This document shows, piece after piece, positions 49,428 to 59,381 of a stretch of DNA of 64,000 nucleotides (positions within the stretch are counted from its first letter, which is position 1; every line of letters starts with the position of its first letter). Made by a program: the position numbers and the translations under genes. The stretch is from NCBI GenBank assembly GCA_001507915.1, contig LGER01000002.1, forward strand, positions 10,804 through 74,803. Direction: 5' to 3'. This stretch comes from Desulfonauticus sp. 38_4375. Its GTDB lineage: Bacteria; Desulfobacterota; Desulfovibrionia; Desulfovibrionales; Desulfonatronovibrionaceae. Below the pieces are notes generated by a model, which saw only the letters and a program-made list of their open reading frames with translations, was not told the DNA's origin and searched no databases.

Positions 49428-51419
49428 ATGTCTTCTACTGATAAAATTTTAGAACAGCAATTGCTGGATAAATATGCTAAAGACCTGGCTAAACTTTATG
49501 CCCAGGAAAAAGAAGAGAAAAGTAAGCTTGAAAATACATTACAAGAATTAAAAGTTATATTTAAAAATATCAATGATGGATTAATTATTGTAGATAACAA
49601 TTTTAATATTAAAAGAGGAAATAGTAAATTTAGGTCTTTTTTTGGATTTAAAAAAGAAGATATTTTAGGCAAAAACTTATTTTCTTTGTTAAAGAGCAAA
49701 GAGCTGGAAGCTATTTTAAAAAGTAAAATTAGCAATAAGATATTTTTAAATGAATTGGTGTTTAATAATTATCCAGATAAGATATTTAAAATAACTGTCG
49801 TACCTATATCTGAAGAATATAAATTAATCATTTTTCAAAACAATAGCCTGATTTATCGCTTTAACCAGAAGTTAAAATCCCAGGAAGAATGGTATAGAGC
49901 AATTCTAAGTAATATTCAAACTGGACTGGCTATTGTTGATTTTGAAAGTAGAAAAATTATAGAGATAAATCCAGAATTGGAAGAAATTTTATCTTTATCC
50001 AAAGAGCAAATAGTTGGTAAAGAATGTTTTCAATATCTTTGCGCAGGAGATTATTCCCTCTGTCCTTCTGGAAATACTAAAGAATTGAATTACAATCTGG
50101 TAACTAAAAATAAAGAAGGTAAAGATATTTATTTATATAAAAAAGTAAATGTTATTAAAATAGAAAATAAAAAATATGTCTTAGAATCAATAACAGATAT
50201 AACTGATTTAAAGTTAATAGAAGATAAACTGGTTCAAACAAATAAAAAAATACAAACTTTGTTTGATAGTTTACCTTTTATTTTAATTGCCATTGATTTA
50301 GAAGATAAAATTGTAGAATGGAATCCTATGGCTGAAATTTTTCTGGGTCTTAGAAAAGCAGATGTCCTGAACAAAAAGCTTGAAGAAATCAAACACAAGA
50401 TAGAATTTAAAGAAATTTTAGATTTAAAGATAAGTTTAGGAGTAGAGCAAAAGGAGCTCAGATATAAGCGTTCTGATGGAAGAGTGGGGTTTTTGGATGT
50501 TAGAATGATAGATTTGCGGACAAGTGAAGCAACAGAAGAAGAAATGCTTTTAATTATTGCCCAGGATATTACTGAATTTAAAATTATGCAGGGTCAATTG
50601 GCCCAGGCCCAAAAACTAGAAGCTATAGGGCAGTTGGCTACAGGAATAGCGCATGAAATAAATACTCCGGCTCAATATGTAAGTGATAATCTTTATTTTT
50701 TACAGGAAAATTTTCCACAGCTTAAATCTCTATATTCAGAAATTATATCCACTCTAAAAACAATACCTAATCTAAAATTAAAAGCCCTGCTTTCTAAAAT
50801 TGAAGAAGAAGATGTGGAATTTTATTTGCAAGAATTTCCTTTGGCTATAGAGCAGGCCCTGGATGGTATAAAAAGAATAACAGAGATTGTGCAGTCCATG
50901 AAACAGTTTGCTCATCCTGGAACCAGAGAAAAGGTTTATACTGATTTAAACAAGGCCATTGAAAACGCTAAAGTGGTTACCAGAAATAGCTGGAAATATG
51001 TTGCTGACCTGGAGTTAAATCTGGATCCCAATTTACCTTTAGTAAAGTGTTATCCTTCTGAAATTAATCAGGTTCTACTAAATATGATTGTAAATGCAGC
51101 TGATGCTATAAAGGAAAAAATAGGAGAAAAAGGTAAAAAGGGTGAAAAAGGTAAAATCATTATTACTACCAGGTCCTTTGGCAATAAAGTGAAAATATAC
51201 ATTGAGGATACAGGAACAGGCATTCCAGAAGAGTTAAGGGAAAAGATTTTTGAACCCTTTTTTACCACTAAAGCCGTGGGAAAGGGTACAGGCCAGGGGC
51301 TTAGCCTGGCCCATTCCATAATTGTGAACAAACATAAGGGGTTTATTGCTGTAGAAAGCGAGGTAGGAAAAGGGACTACTTTTATTATTGAATTGCCAGT
51401 GGATGGAGAAAATGAGTAA
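49428..51419 (+). CDS. multi-PAS sensor histidine kinase
   Basis: 663 aa. H-box LATGIAHEINTP and G-box GTGQGLSLAHS. Confidence 0.85.
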   Translation: MSSTDKILEQQLLDKYAKDLAKLYAQEKEEKSKLENTLQELKVIFKNINDGLIIVDNNFNIKRGNSKFRSFFGFKKEDILGKNLFSLLKSKELEAILKSKISNKIFLNELVFNNYPDKIFKITVVPISEEYKLIIFQNNSLIYRFNQKLKSQEEWYRAILSNIQTGLAIVDFESRKIIEINPELEEILSLSKEQIVGKECFQYLCAGDYSLCPSGNTKELNYNLVTKNKEGKDIYLYKKVNVIKIENKKYVLESITDITDLKLIEDKLVQTNKKIQTLFDSLPFILIAIDLEDKIVEWNPMAEIFLGLRKADVLNKKLEEIKHKIEFKEILDLKISLGVEQKELRYKRSDGRVGFLDVRMIDLRTSEATEEEMLLIIAQDITEFKIMQGQLAQAQKLEAIGQLATGIAHEINTPAQYVSDNLYFLQENFPQLKSLYSEIISTLKTIPNLKLKALLSKIEEEDVEFYLQEFPLAIEQALDGIKRITEIVQSMKQFAHPGTREKVYTDLNKAIENAKVVTRNSWKYVADLELNLDPNLPLVKCYPSEINQVLLNMIVNAADAIKEKIGEKGKKGEKGKIIITTRSFGNKVKIYIEDTGTGIPEELREKIFEPFFTTKAVGKGTGQGLSLAHSIIVNKHKGFIAVESEVGKGTTFIIELPVDGENE

Positions 51420-52505
51420 AAAAATTCTTTTTGTGGACGAAGAGAAAAGGGTTTTAGAAGGTCTTAAACGCACACTTTTTCCTTTGCGCAAGGAATTTAT
51501 CCTGGTCTTTGAATCTGATTTTTCCAGGGCTTTAACTTTGCTCACAAAGGACAACTTTGAGGTGGTGGTTACAGAAGTAAAACCTGACCTAGCTGATGGT
51601 TTGGAGTTATTAAAGGCAGCTTATAAATATCAGCCCCAGGTCTTACGCATAGTTCTTTCTGGATATTTGGAAACAGATTTATTGTTGCAAACCTTAGGGA
51701 TAGCCCATCAATTTTTAAGTAAGCCAGTAGAGGCAAAAAAGTTAAAAGAGGTTATTCAAAGAGGCCTTAGTTTAAGAAATCTCTTTGAAGATAAAAGAAT
51801 TTTACAACTCCTGGGGAAAATAACCACTTTACCCACTTTGCCCAAAATTTATCAACAGTTAAACCAGGCTCTGGCTAAAAAAAATGTTTCTCCGCAAGAA
51901 CTAGCTGAAATAATTATTCAGGATATGGGACTTACTACTAAAATCTTACAACTGGTAAACTCTGCCTTTTTTAGCCTGGCCAGAAAAATTACCAGGATAG
52001 AAGAAGCTATTGTTTTTCTGGGCATAAATACCATTAAATCCCTGGTGCTGGGGATAAGTGTTTTAGAAGAAGGCAATAAAATCACTCTTCCCAACTTTTC
52101 TTTAGAATACTTAAGTGGTCATTCCCTAAAGATTGCCCAGACTTTAAAAAAACTGGGGATAAAGGAAGGCCTGGAACCAGAAAGGGGAGATGAGCTTTTT
52201 TTAGCTGGTTTGATACATGATTGTGGTATTGTGATTTTGGCTCAAAACTTTCCTTCGCAATATCAGGAAGTAGCCAGGCTAATAGCAGAAGGACAGGAAC
52301 TGGAGCAGGCTGAAAAAAAGTTTTTAACCTTACTCATGCAGAAATTGGAGCTTATCTTTTAAATCTTTGGGGTATTTCTGAAGACATAGTGACCATGGTT
52401 TTTTATCATCATAAACCTTTACAGGCTTTAGATAAGATACAAGAAGTATTTTTAATCCATTTGGCTGAATTTATGGATAGCCAGAACTTATTGGAAAATT
52501 TATAA
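51412..52505 (+). CDS. receiver-HDOD protein, interrupted by a frameshift; receiver has Glu at the phospho-acceptor position
   Basis: Start ATG 51412 (MSKKILFVDEEK) overlaps the upstream stop as ATGAGTAA. ORF 51388..52362 stops at 52360. The HDOD C-terminus NLTHAEIGAYLLNLWGISEDIVTMVFYHHKP continues in the -1 frame to TAA 52503-52505. The 1094-nt span is one base short of 365 codons. Confidence 0.8.
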
Positions 52506-52515
52506 GGGAGACATT

Positions 52516-53715
52516 ATGGAAAAGATTCTTTTTGTTGATGATGATGTAAAAATATTAGATGGATTTAGAAGAACCTTAAGAAAAAAATTTTTAGTAGAAA
52601 CTGCTGCCAGTGGAATGCAAGGCCTAAAAATGCTCAATGAAAAAGGTCCTTTTGCCGTAGTAGTTTCAGATTTAAAAATGCCTCAGATGGATGGTCTGGA
52701 ATTTTTATCTAGGGTAAAAACACTTTTTCCTCAAACCGTAAGGATAATGCTAACTGGGCATGGAGACCTTCAGGACGCAATTTCAGCTATAAATAGTGGA
52801 GAAGTGTTTCGTTTTTTGGTTAAGCCTGTACAACCTAAAGACCTGGAAAAATCCTTACTCGATGCTTTACAATATTATTTACTGCAACAAGGTGAGAAAG
52901 AATTATTGGAAAAAACCTTAAAAAGTACTATTGATGTTTTAGTAGAAATATTAAGTATCACCAATGAAGAAGCCCTGGGCAGGGCTTTAAGGATTAAAAG
53001 GTATGTGCGGGATACTGCTATTATTCTGGGAGAAATGGATATCTGGAAGTATGAAACAGCAGCTTTACTTTCTCAGCTTGGCTGCCTTATTTTGCCTCCA
53101 GAAGTAATTCAAAAGGTCAAAACTGGCGAAAGATTGGAAGGAGAGGAATATCAACTTTATATGCAACATCCTTTTATTGCTTCTGACCTTTTGCGCAAAA
53201 TTCCCAAGATGGAAGAAATAGCCAATATTATTGCCTATCAACAAAAAAACTATGATGGAAGTGGCTTTCCTATAGATTCAGTAAAAGGCAACCAAATTCC
53301 CTTGGGTGCTAGAATTTTACGCTTTGCTTTAGACTTTGATTTACACTTTTTAAGAGAAAAGAATAAAATAAATGCTTTAAAAAAGATTTTAGAACATAAA
53401 GAAAGATATGACCCGAAAGTATTTAAGGCCTTTTTAGAAGTATTGAGTGTAGATGATGAATACAGGCTTAAAAAAGTGAAAGTAGATGAAATTATACCTT
53501 ATATGGTAGTAATGGAAGATGTGTATAGTTTAAATGGCATGGTCTTACTAAAAAAAGGCCATGAGGTTAGTAAAAGTATTGCTGAAAAGATTCGTTTTTT
53601 AGACAAGACCTATGGTGTAAAACAACCCATTCAAGTTTTAATGCCGCCTAAATTTCTAATAGAAAAACGCCTGAAAGCTCAAAGTGAACAAACACCAAAT
53701 AAAGAGAGTAAGTAA
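52516..53715 (+). CDS. response regulator with degenerate HD-GYP domain
   Basis: Receiver VVVSDLKMPQMDG. The HD-GYP-like region reads AALLSQLG (not LHDIGK) and YQQKNYDGSGFP (not HHErwDGSGYP). Confidence 0.8.
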   Translation: MEKILFVDDDVKILDGFRRTLRKKFLVETAASGMQGLKMLNEKGPFAVVVSDLKMPQMDGLEFLSRVKTLFPQTVRIMLTGHGDLQDAISAINSGEVFRFLVKPVQPKDLEKSLLDALQYYLLQQGEKELLEKTLKSTIDVLVEILSITNEEALGRALRIKRYVRDTAIILGEMDIWKYETAALLSQLGCLILPPEVIQKVKTGERLEGEEYQLYMQHPFIASDLLRKIPKMEEIANIIAYQQKNYDGSGFPIDSVKGNQIPLGARILRFALDFDLHFLREKNKINALKKILEHKERYDPKVFKAFLEVLSVDDEYRLKKVKVDEIIPYMVVMEDVYSLNGMVLLKKGHEVSKSIAEKIRFLDKTYGVKQPIQVLMPPKFLIEKRLKAQSEQTPNKESK

Positions 53716-54934
53716 AATATCCTTGTTAAATTCTAATACCAGGAAATTAATCTGGAGCTGGGCTCTTTTTGATTTTGCCAATTCCAGCTATTCTGCAGTT
53801 ATTGGGGCAGTTATTTTTCCTGTTTACTATTCTACCTATATTGTGGGAGAAAAGAGTTTGGGAGATTTGCTCTGGGGAAGGGCTATTTCCCTTAGTATGT
53901 TTTTGGCTGCCCTGATGTCTCCTTTTTTGGGAAGTAGTAGGGATATAACTGGATATAAAAAGAAAACTATTTTTGCACTTGTTTTCCTGGGCAGTTTGAG
54001 TGTAAGTGGTTTTGCTTTTCTAAAGCCTCTGGATATTTATTTGGGCTTTTGGTTAGTAGTTTTGGCTAATTTTTCTCTGGAAACCAGTCTGGTCATCTAT
54101 AATGCCTATTTACCAGAAGTAATTCCAGTTTCTTATTGGGGAAGAGTATCTGCCTGGGGTTTTGGACTGGGATATCTTGGTTCTATTTTCAGTTTAATTA
54201 TAGCTTTATATTTTTTAAACCAAAAACAGTTTTCTTTTATCTGGCTAACAGTAAGTTTATTTTGGATATTATTTTCTTTACCACTTTTATTTTCTTTTCC
54301 AGCTGATATAAAGGGTAAATTTGAGGTTAATTTATTAAAAAAAGCCTATAAAAAGACTTTTTTTACCTTAAAAGAAGTTTTTAAAAATAAAAATTTAAGA
54401 TTTTTCTTTTTATCTTATTTTTTTTATTTAGATGGAGTAAATACAGTTATTATTTTTTCCAGTCTTTTTGCCTATAAGACCTTAGGATTTAATTTTAAAG
54501 AACTGGTATATCTTTATTTGCTGGTGCAATTTACTTCTTTATTAGGCTGTTTTATTTTGGCCAAACCCTTTGATAAGTTTAATTTAAAAAAAATAATAAG
54601 TTTTTTGATTTTATTTTGGTTTTGTATTTCCTTACTTACTTTTTTTACTTATGCCAAAACACTTTTTTGGGTTGTGGCTACTTTGGCTGGTCTGGGTTTA
54701 GGAAGTATCCAGGCAGGCTCAAGGGCTTTTTTTAGTGCTCTCATTCCCTCAGGGCAGGAGGGAAGTTATTTTGGTTTTTATGGTTTGGTGGGTAAATCTT
54801 CTGCCATTTTAGGCCCCTTAGGATTTGGGCTGGTTTCTTATATCTTTAAGAGCCAAAGGCCAGCTGTTCTTTGGGTTGGTTTACTTTTTTTATTGGGGTA
54901 TTTATTTTTCAAGCAAATAGACTCTAGAATTTAG
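53684..54934 (+). CDS. MFS transporter (UMF1/Atg22-like)
   Basis: 416 aa, about 12 TM segments. The N-terminal WSWALFDFANSSY resembles the UMF1 family. Confidence 0.7.
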   Translation: MNKHQIKRVSKISLLNSNTRKLIWSWALFDFANSSYSAVIGAVIFPVYYSTYIVGEKSLGDLLWGRAISLSMFLAALMSPFLGSSRDITGYKKKTIFALVFLGSLSVSGFAFLKPLDIYLGFWLVVLANFSLETSLVIYNAYLPEVIPVSYWGRVSAWGFGLGYLGSIFSLIIALYFLNQKQFSFIWLTVSLFWILFSLPLLFSFPADIKGKFEVNLLKKAYKKTFFTLKEVFKNKNLRFFFLSYFFYLDGVNTVIIFSSLFAYKTLGFNFKELVYLYLLVQFTSLLGCFILAKPFDKFNLKKIISFLILFWFCISLLTFFTYAKTLFWVVATLAGLGLGSIQAGSRAFFSALIPSGQEGSYFGFYGLVGKSSAILGPLGFGLVSYIFKSQRPAVLWVGLLFLLGYLFFKQIDSRI

Positions 54935-54981
54935 AGTTTCCTTAGTAAAAATTGGATAACTACCTTATGGATAGCTAGCAG

Positions 54982-55005
54982 TATCAGGTGGAATTTTTCC
55001 TGATA
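54982..55005. terminator. hairpin between convergent MFS and WYL genes
   Basis: TATCAGG (54982-54988), 10-nt loop, CCTGATA (54999-55005). No clear U tract on either strand. Confidence 0.2.
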
Positions 55006-55023
55006 TAGTGGGTAAATAAAATT

Positions 55024-55965
55024 TTATCTTTTATTTTCCTCATACATTTTTGCGATCTCCTCTGCCAGGTCTTGTTTTAATGAAACTGGTTCAAGAACTT
55101 TGGCATTTGCCCCAAATTGTAGAACCTTCATTTTTATCTCTGTAAAATCAGCAACAGGAAGAGTTAAAATTACGCCATTTTCAGTTGTTTCAAGAATTTG
55201 ATCTCTATGCCATTTTTGTTTTTTGATTATATTTGCTGCCTTGCCTTTAAACAAAATTTTCACCTGTGCGATCTGTTCTCCCTTAAAAATTCCAAAAGGT
55301 GAATCTAGAATTTTTTCAGGATCAACGCCCAGTTCTTTTGCTGATTTGCTTCTACTGCCCAGCAACTTTGCTTTTTGAATACGCGCTACAAGGAATGTGC
55401 GGAGTTCTTGCCTTAAATGGCAGTAAGCAAGTATATACCAGCTGCTTTGATAATTAATAAGGCGTATAGGATCAATAGTGCGGGTAGATGATTGTCCGTC
55501 TGGCTTGTTGTAATCAATTTGTAACTGTCGCTGGAGGTGAAAAGCCTCAATAATGGTTTTCAGAATTTCCGGCTCTACATTTTGTACTTCTATTCTTTCA
55601 CACCAGAGGCAATCAAGAATCTTCTTATAATCAGTAGATAAGAGTTTTGCCAGTTCTTGTTTTAAGATTTCAATTTCTTTTAGACCTGATAGTCCTGATT
55701 CTTCTGCAAGCCTATGTACCATAGCCAGGAAAAAAATAATCTGAGGGCTATTTTCAAAGGGCAAAGAAAACTCTTCTTTATAAAAATAACCATTTTGATT
55801 ACGATTGAAATCTAAAGGAGCGAGTAGTCTATCGCGCAAATATTCAATGTCCCGGCGGGCAGTAATTTTTGAGACTTCAAACTTAGCTGCCAGGTCTGTA
55901 GCATTTGGAAAAAGCCCCGCTTTTATCTGCTTGTGAAAATAATAAATCCTTTCCAGTTTACTCAT
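55024..55965 (-). CDS. HTH-WYL-WCX transcriptional regulator, divergent from the cas operon
   Basis: 313 aa. N-terminal HTH (NATDLAAKFEVSKITARRDIEYLRD). WYL core SSWYILAYCHLRQELRTFLVARI. C-terminal WCX-like region. Confidence 0.8.
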   Translation of the reverse strand: MSKLERIYYFHKQIKAGLFPNATDLAAKFEVSKITARRDIEYLRDRLLAPLDFNRNQNGYFYKEEFSLPFENSPQIIFFLAMVHRLAEESGLSGLKEIEILKQELAKLLSTDYKKILDCLWCERIEVQNVEPEILKTIIEAFHLQRQLQIDYNKPDGQSSTRTIDPIRLINYQSSWYILAYCHLRQELRTFLVARIQKAKLLGSRSKSAKELGVDPEKILDSPFGIFKGEQIAQVKILFKGKAANIIKKQKWHRDQILETTENGVILTLPVADFTEIKMKVLQFGANAKVLEPVSLKQDLAEEIAKMYEENKR

Positions 55966-56158
55966 TGGACTTTACCTACAATTTCTTCTTATTTTTTTTA
56001 TTTTTCCCAAAAAACAGAGGGTAATCATTATATGATAAGGGCTAAGTGTTAGATAGCAGGGAAAATTTATCAGCGTCAAGAAATAGAATAATAGTACTCA
56101 AGGCTTACGCGTCAAAAAAATCAGGAAGATAAGAAGGTAAAAATCTAGGAGGCGTGTT

Positions 56159-56314
56159 ATGCAATTTGAAATTTTTATCCCAGGATTTAAGCGATTTGTG
56201 TTCCAGGCAACAAACTCAGGTCTTCTGGATATGATTTTAGAAGAACAAGCAAAAGAAAAAGTGCCTGAAGAAATTGCCACTACTGGTATTTGTTTTAATT
56301 TTAAAGTTTATTGA
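56159..56314 (+). CDS. small hypothetical protein (51 aa), below the ORF-track cutoff
   Basis: AGGAGG (56147-56152), 6 nt, then ATG 56159. Translation: MQFEIFIPGFKRFVFQATNSGLLDMILEEQAKEKVPEEIATTGICFNFKVY. TGA at 56312-56314. Confidence 0.4.
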   Translation: MQFEIFIPGFKRFVFQATNSGLLDMILEEQAKEKVPEEIATTGICFNFKVY

Positions 56315-56340
56315 CATTTATTTTGTTTATATATTAAACT
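56311..56340 (+). promoter_or_regulatory. candidate promoter upstream of cas6
   Basis: Perfect TTGACA (56311-56316) followed by an AT-rich -10 region (TATTAA at N15 or TAAACT at N18), about 155 nt upstream of the cas6 ATG. Confidence 0.3.
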
Positions 56341-56494
56341 AACTGTATTTTATTAAATATATAGAGTTTTTTTCTATCTTAGCAGGCTTTGAGTAGAGAA
56401 GATATATAAACATTAATTTTTATAAGGGTATATCTAGCCAAAATTTTGTTGCTGTATGTTTTTGCAGAGGCATCAAAAAATAGGGAGATGAAGA

Positions 56495-57097
56495 ATGAAT
56501 CAAGAACACATAATTAATCTTTGTTACAAAGTGAAAGGAGACACCTTGCCAGTTGATCATGGTTTTGCTTTATTTAGTAGTATAAGTAAAATCTTGCCTC
56601 ATTTTCATTCAGAATCACGTGTTGGCTTAAGGCTTATTAGAGGTCGATATGTGGGCAATGGTCTTCTTTCCATTAAACCTGTAGCGGAATTAATATTCAG
56701 AATGCCAGGGTTACTTATCCCAGAATATTTATCATTGTCAGGAAAAAATCTGGATATTTCAGGACATAAAGTAATTGTTGGTGTTCCTACGACTCACCAT
56801 CTCATCCCTGCAACGGTGCTTTATGCCCATCTGGTGACAACAAAAAATGGCCATAATGAGGAACGATTTAAGCAGGAAATCACCAGGCAATTGCACCAGC
56901 TTAAGATAAAAGGAAAATTTACCTTGGGTAAAAGACGTACTTTTAAGGTACATGGGAAACAGGTGGTGGGATATTCTTTGCTTGTTTCCGAATTAACTGC
57001 TGAAGAGTCCATTGTCTTGCAGGAACACGGGCTTGGAGGAAGACGTAAAATGGGATGTGGTTTTTTTGAACCCTGGAGGCCAAAGGATGGAATTTAA
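56495..57097 (+). CDS. cas6: Cas6, Myxan-type (Cmx6-like) CRISPR RNA endoribonuclease
   Basis: 200 aa. GDTLPVDHGFALFSSISK and the glycine-rich C-terminus GLGGRRKMGCGFFEP. AGGGAGA SD upstream. Confidence 0.75.
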   Translation: MNQEHIINLCYKVKGDTLPVDHGFALFSSISKILPHFHSESRVGLRLIRGRYVGNGLLSIKPVAELIFRMPGLLIPEYLSLSGKNLDISGHKVIVGVPTTHHLIPATVLYAHLVTTKNGHNEERFKQEITRQLHQLKIKGKFTLGKRRTFKVHGKQVVGYSLLVSELTAEESIVLQEHGLGGRRKMGCGFFEPWRPKDGI

Positions 57098-59381
57098 ATA
57101 TATGCTGGCTAAAGCCTGCCCTGATCCTGACAATCCACCTGAACAGGCCACACTTTTAGGACATACAAAGGCAGTGGTGGATGTTTTTATAAACCTTTTT
57201 GGAACTGCCAGTGCTCCTACCAGGCTGGCAAAGAGGTGGTTAAAGTTTTTCCGTCTTAATATAAAAGATTATCCTGTTTTTTTTGTAAATACTTTAATAG
57301 CATGTATTTTACATGATCTTGGCAAAGCAAATAGCGGATTTCAAAAAATGATTCGCAGACAAGGTGAACAGAAAATACGCCATGAACAATTAAGTGCAAT
57401 GTTTTTATTATGTCCGAAAATAAAGGGCTGGATTGAAAACATAACAGATGCGGATTTTGACCTTATAATTAGTGCTGTAGCCTGCCATCATTTAAAGCTG
57501 GAGCCAGGTAACAAAAATTTACTCAATGGACAAAAAGGGCAGAGATTTATAGTCTTTCGTATCTATATTAAACAAATTTTAGAAATTATAAATTCTTTAT
57601 GTAAATATATAAATTTTCCTTGTATAGTCAGCCTGTCATTGCCTGAAATTTGTGATTTAGATAATACGGAATATGAGTATAAAGAACAGTTAGAAAAAAT
57701 TTTTAATGGGATAAATCGCAGATGTAAAAATAATAAAATATTTCAAAAAATTTTATTAGCTGTAAAAACAGCTTTGATTGTGGCTGACAGTGCTGGATCT
57801 GGACTTAGCAGGGAAAATAAAGATTTGTTCTCCTGGTTGAAAATGGCCTTTGATGAGGATGAATTGCTTACAGACCAAACCATCACTGCAAAAATAATAA
57901 CTCCAAGAAAAAAAGAGATAGAAGCAAATAGTAAAAAGCCATTTCAATGGCAAGACTTTCAGCTTCTTGCTGATAAATTGCCACAAAGGGCAGTTCTTGT
58001 TTCAGCCTGTGGCAGTGGTAAGACTCTGGCTGCGTGGAGATGGATAAGGGCGCAGTTAAGGAAGAAACCCACTGCCAGAGTGATGTTTTTGTACCCCACC
58101 AGAGCAACAGCCAGTGAGGGTTTTAGAGACTATGTGTCCTGGGCGCCTGAAGGAATTCTGCTTCACTCTTCTGCTCCTTTTGACCTGCAAAACATGTTTG
58201 AGGATTTTGATGAACGTTCTCACGTTGATTTTGAAGTAGAAGATAGATTATTTGCCCTTGCTTACTGGCAGAGGCGTATTTTTAGTGCAACCATTCATCA
58301 ATTTTTAGGAGTGATGCAATATTCATATCGTTCTGTATGCCTTTTGCCTTTGTTGGTAGATAGTATAGTGGTTATAGATGAAGTTCACAGCCTGGATAGT
58401 GCTTTGTTTTCAGCTTTAAAAAAATTTTTAGAGGAATTTGATCTACCAGTATTGTGCATGAGTGCCACCCTAACACCATTTAGACAAGAGAAATTAGAGG
58501 AGTGTGGCCTTAAAATTTTTCCTGATGATCCTGAAAAGTTGAAGGACCTATACCAAAAGATAAAGATCCCCCGTTATCAGGCAAACCTCATTGAAGATAC
58601 AGAAAAAGCAAAAGATATAGCCTTGGATGCTCTGGAACAGGGCAAAAAAGTGCTCTGGGTGGTCAATACTGTAGATCGCTGCCAGCAATTGGCTCAAGAA
58701 CTAAATAGTTATAAAGATGTCTTGTGTTATCATAGCCGCTTTAAACTGGAAGACAGACTTAAAATTCACCAAAAAGTAATTGAAAATTTTAAAAAGGATA
58801 AACCAGTGCTGGCTATAACCACGCAGGTGTGTGAAATGAGTCTTGATCTAGATGCCCATGTTTTAATTACTGAAACCGCACCTATTACCAGCCTCATCCA
58901 GAGAATGGGAAGATGTAATCGACATTTAAAATATGAGTGTGGTGAGGTTTATTTATATTTTCCAGAAGATAATACACCTTATAAAGACGGTGAACTGCAA
59001 GGAGTAGAAAAATTTGTATATAAAATAAATCAGAAAAAACTAAGTCAACTTGAATTAGAAGGCCTGCTGGAAGATCTGACTGCCAATATGATAGAAATAG
59101 AAAAATACAATGCTTTTTTTGGGAATGGCCCCTGGGCTTTAACACGAGACATTGCAGATTATAACAACCAATGTGTCCAGGCCATACTGGATAGTGATAT
59201 TGAAAGGTTTTTTGATTTGAAAAATAAAAAAGAACCTTTTGATGGTCTTATTGTTCCTGTACCCAGAAAAGTGCCTGTAAGGCAAGTTTCTAAAATAGGT
59301 AGATTCCCTTTAATAGTTTCTTCAGATTACTATTGTGAACAATTTGGTTTAGCAAAAACACCCTGGGAGATGATTATATGA
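57087..59381 (+). CDS. cas3: Cas3 HD-nuclease/helicase
   Basis: ORF 57012..59381; preferred start ATG 57087 (GGAGG 7 nt upstream). HD motifs LLGHTKAV, ILHDLGKAN, ACHHLK. Helicase motif I ACGSGKT and motif II IDEVHS. Confidence 0.9.
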   Translation: MEFKYMLAKACPDPDNPPEQATLLGHTKAVVDVFINLFGTASAPTRLAKRWLKFFRLNIKDYPVFFVNTLIACILHDLGKANSGFQKMIRRQGEQKIRHEQLSAMFLLCPKIKGWIENITDADFDLIISAVACHHLKLEPGNKNLLNGQKGQRFIVFRIYIKQILEIINSLCKYINFPCIVSLSLPEICDLDNTEYEYKEQLEKIFNGINRRCKNNKIFQKILLAVKTALIVADSAGSGLSRENKDLFSWLKMAFDEDELLTDQTITAKIITPRKKEIEANSKKPFQWQDFQLLADKLPQRAVLVSACGSGKTLAAWRWIRAQLRKKPTARVMFLYPTRATASEGFRDYVSWAPEGILLHSSAPFDLQNMFEDFDERSHVDFEVEDRLFALAYWQRRIFSATIHQFLGVMQYSYRSVCLLPLLVDSIVVIDEVHSLDSALFSALKKFLEEFDLPVLCMSATLTPFRQEKLEECGLKIFPDDPEKLKDLYQKIKIPRYQANLIEDTEKAKDIALDALEQGKKVLWVVNTVDRCQQLAQELNSYKDVLCYHSRFKLEDRLKIHQKVIENFKKDKPVLAITTQVCEMSLDLDAHVLITETAPITSLIQRMGRCNRHLKYECGEVYLYFPEDNTPYKDGELQGVEKFVYKINQKKLSQLELEGLLEDLTANMIEIEKYNAFFGNGPWALTRDIADYNNQCVQAILDSDIERFFDLKNKKEPFDGLIVPVPRKVPVRQVSKIGRFPLIVSSDYYCEQFGLAKTPWEMII

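Noticed and set aside
56022-56038. Imperfect inverted repeat TAATCAT-TAT-ATGATAA near the WYL gene start, a possible operator
   Set aside because: The arms are short with one mismatch in a very AT-rich region. It cannot be distinguished from chance without comparative or binding data.
56098-56280. 60-aa minus-strand ORF in the WYL-cas intergenic region
   Set aside because: It has a GTG start with no SD. It overlaps, antisense, the 51-aa plus-strand ORF, which has AGGAGG-N6-ATG. No motif supports it.
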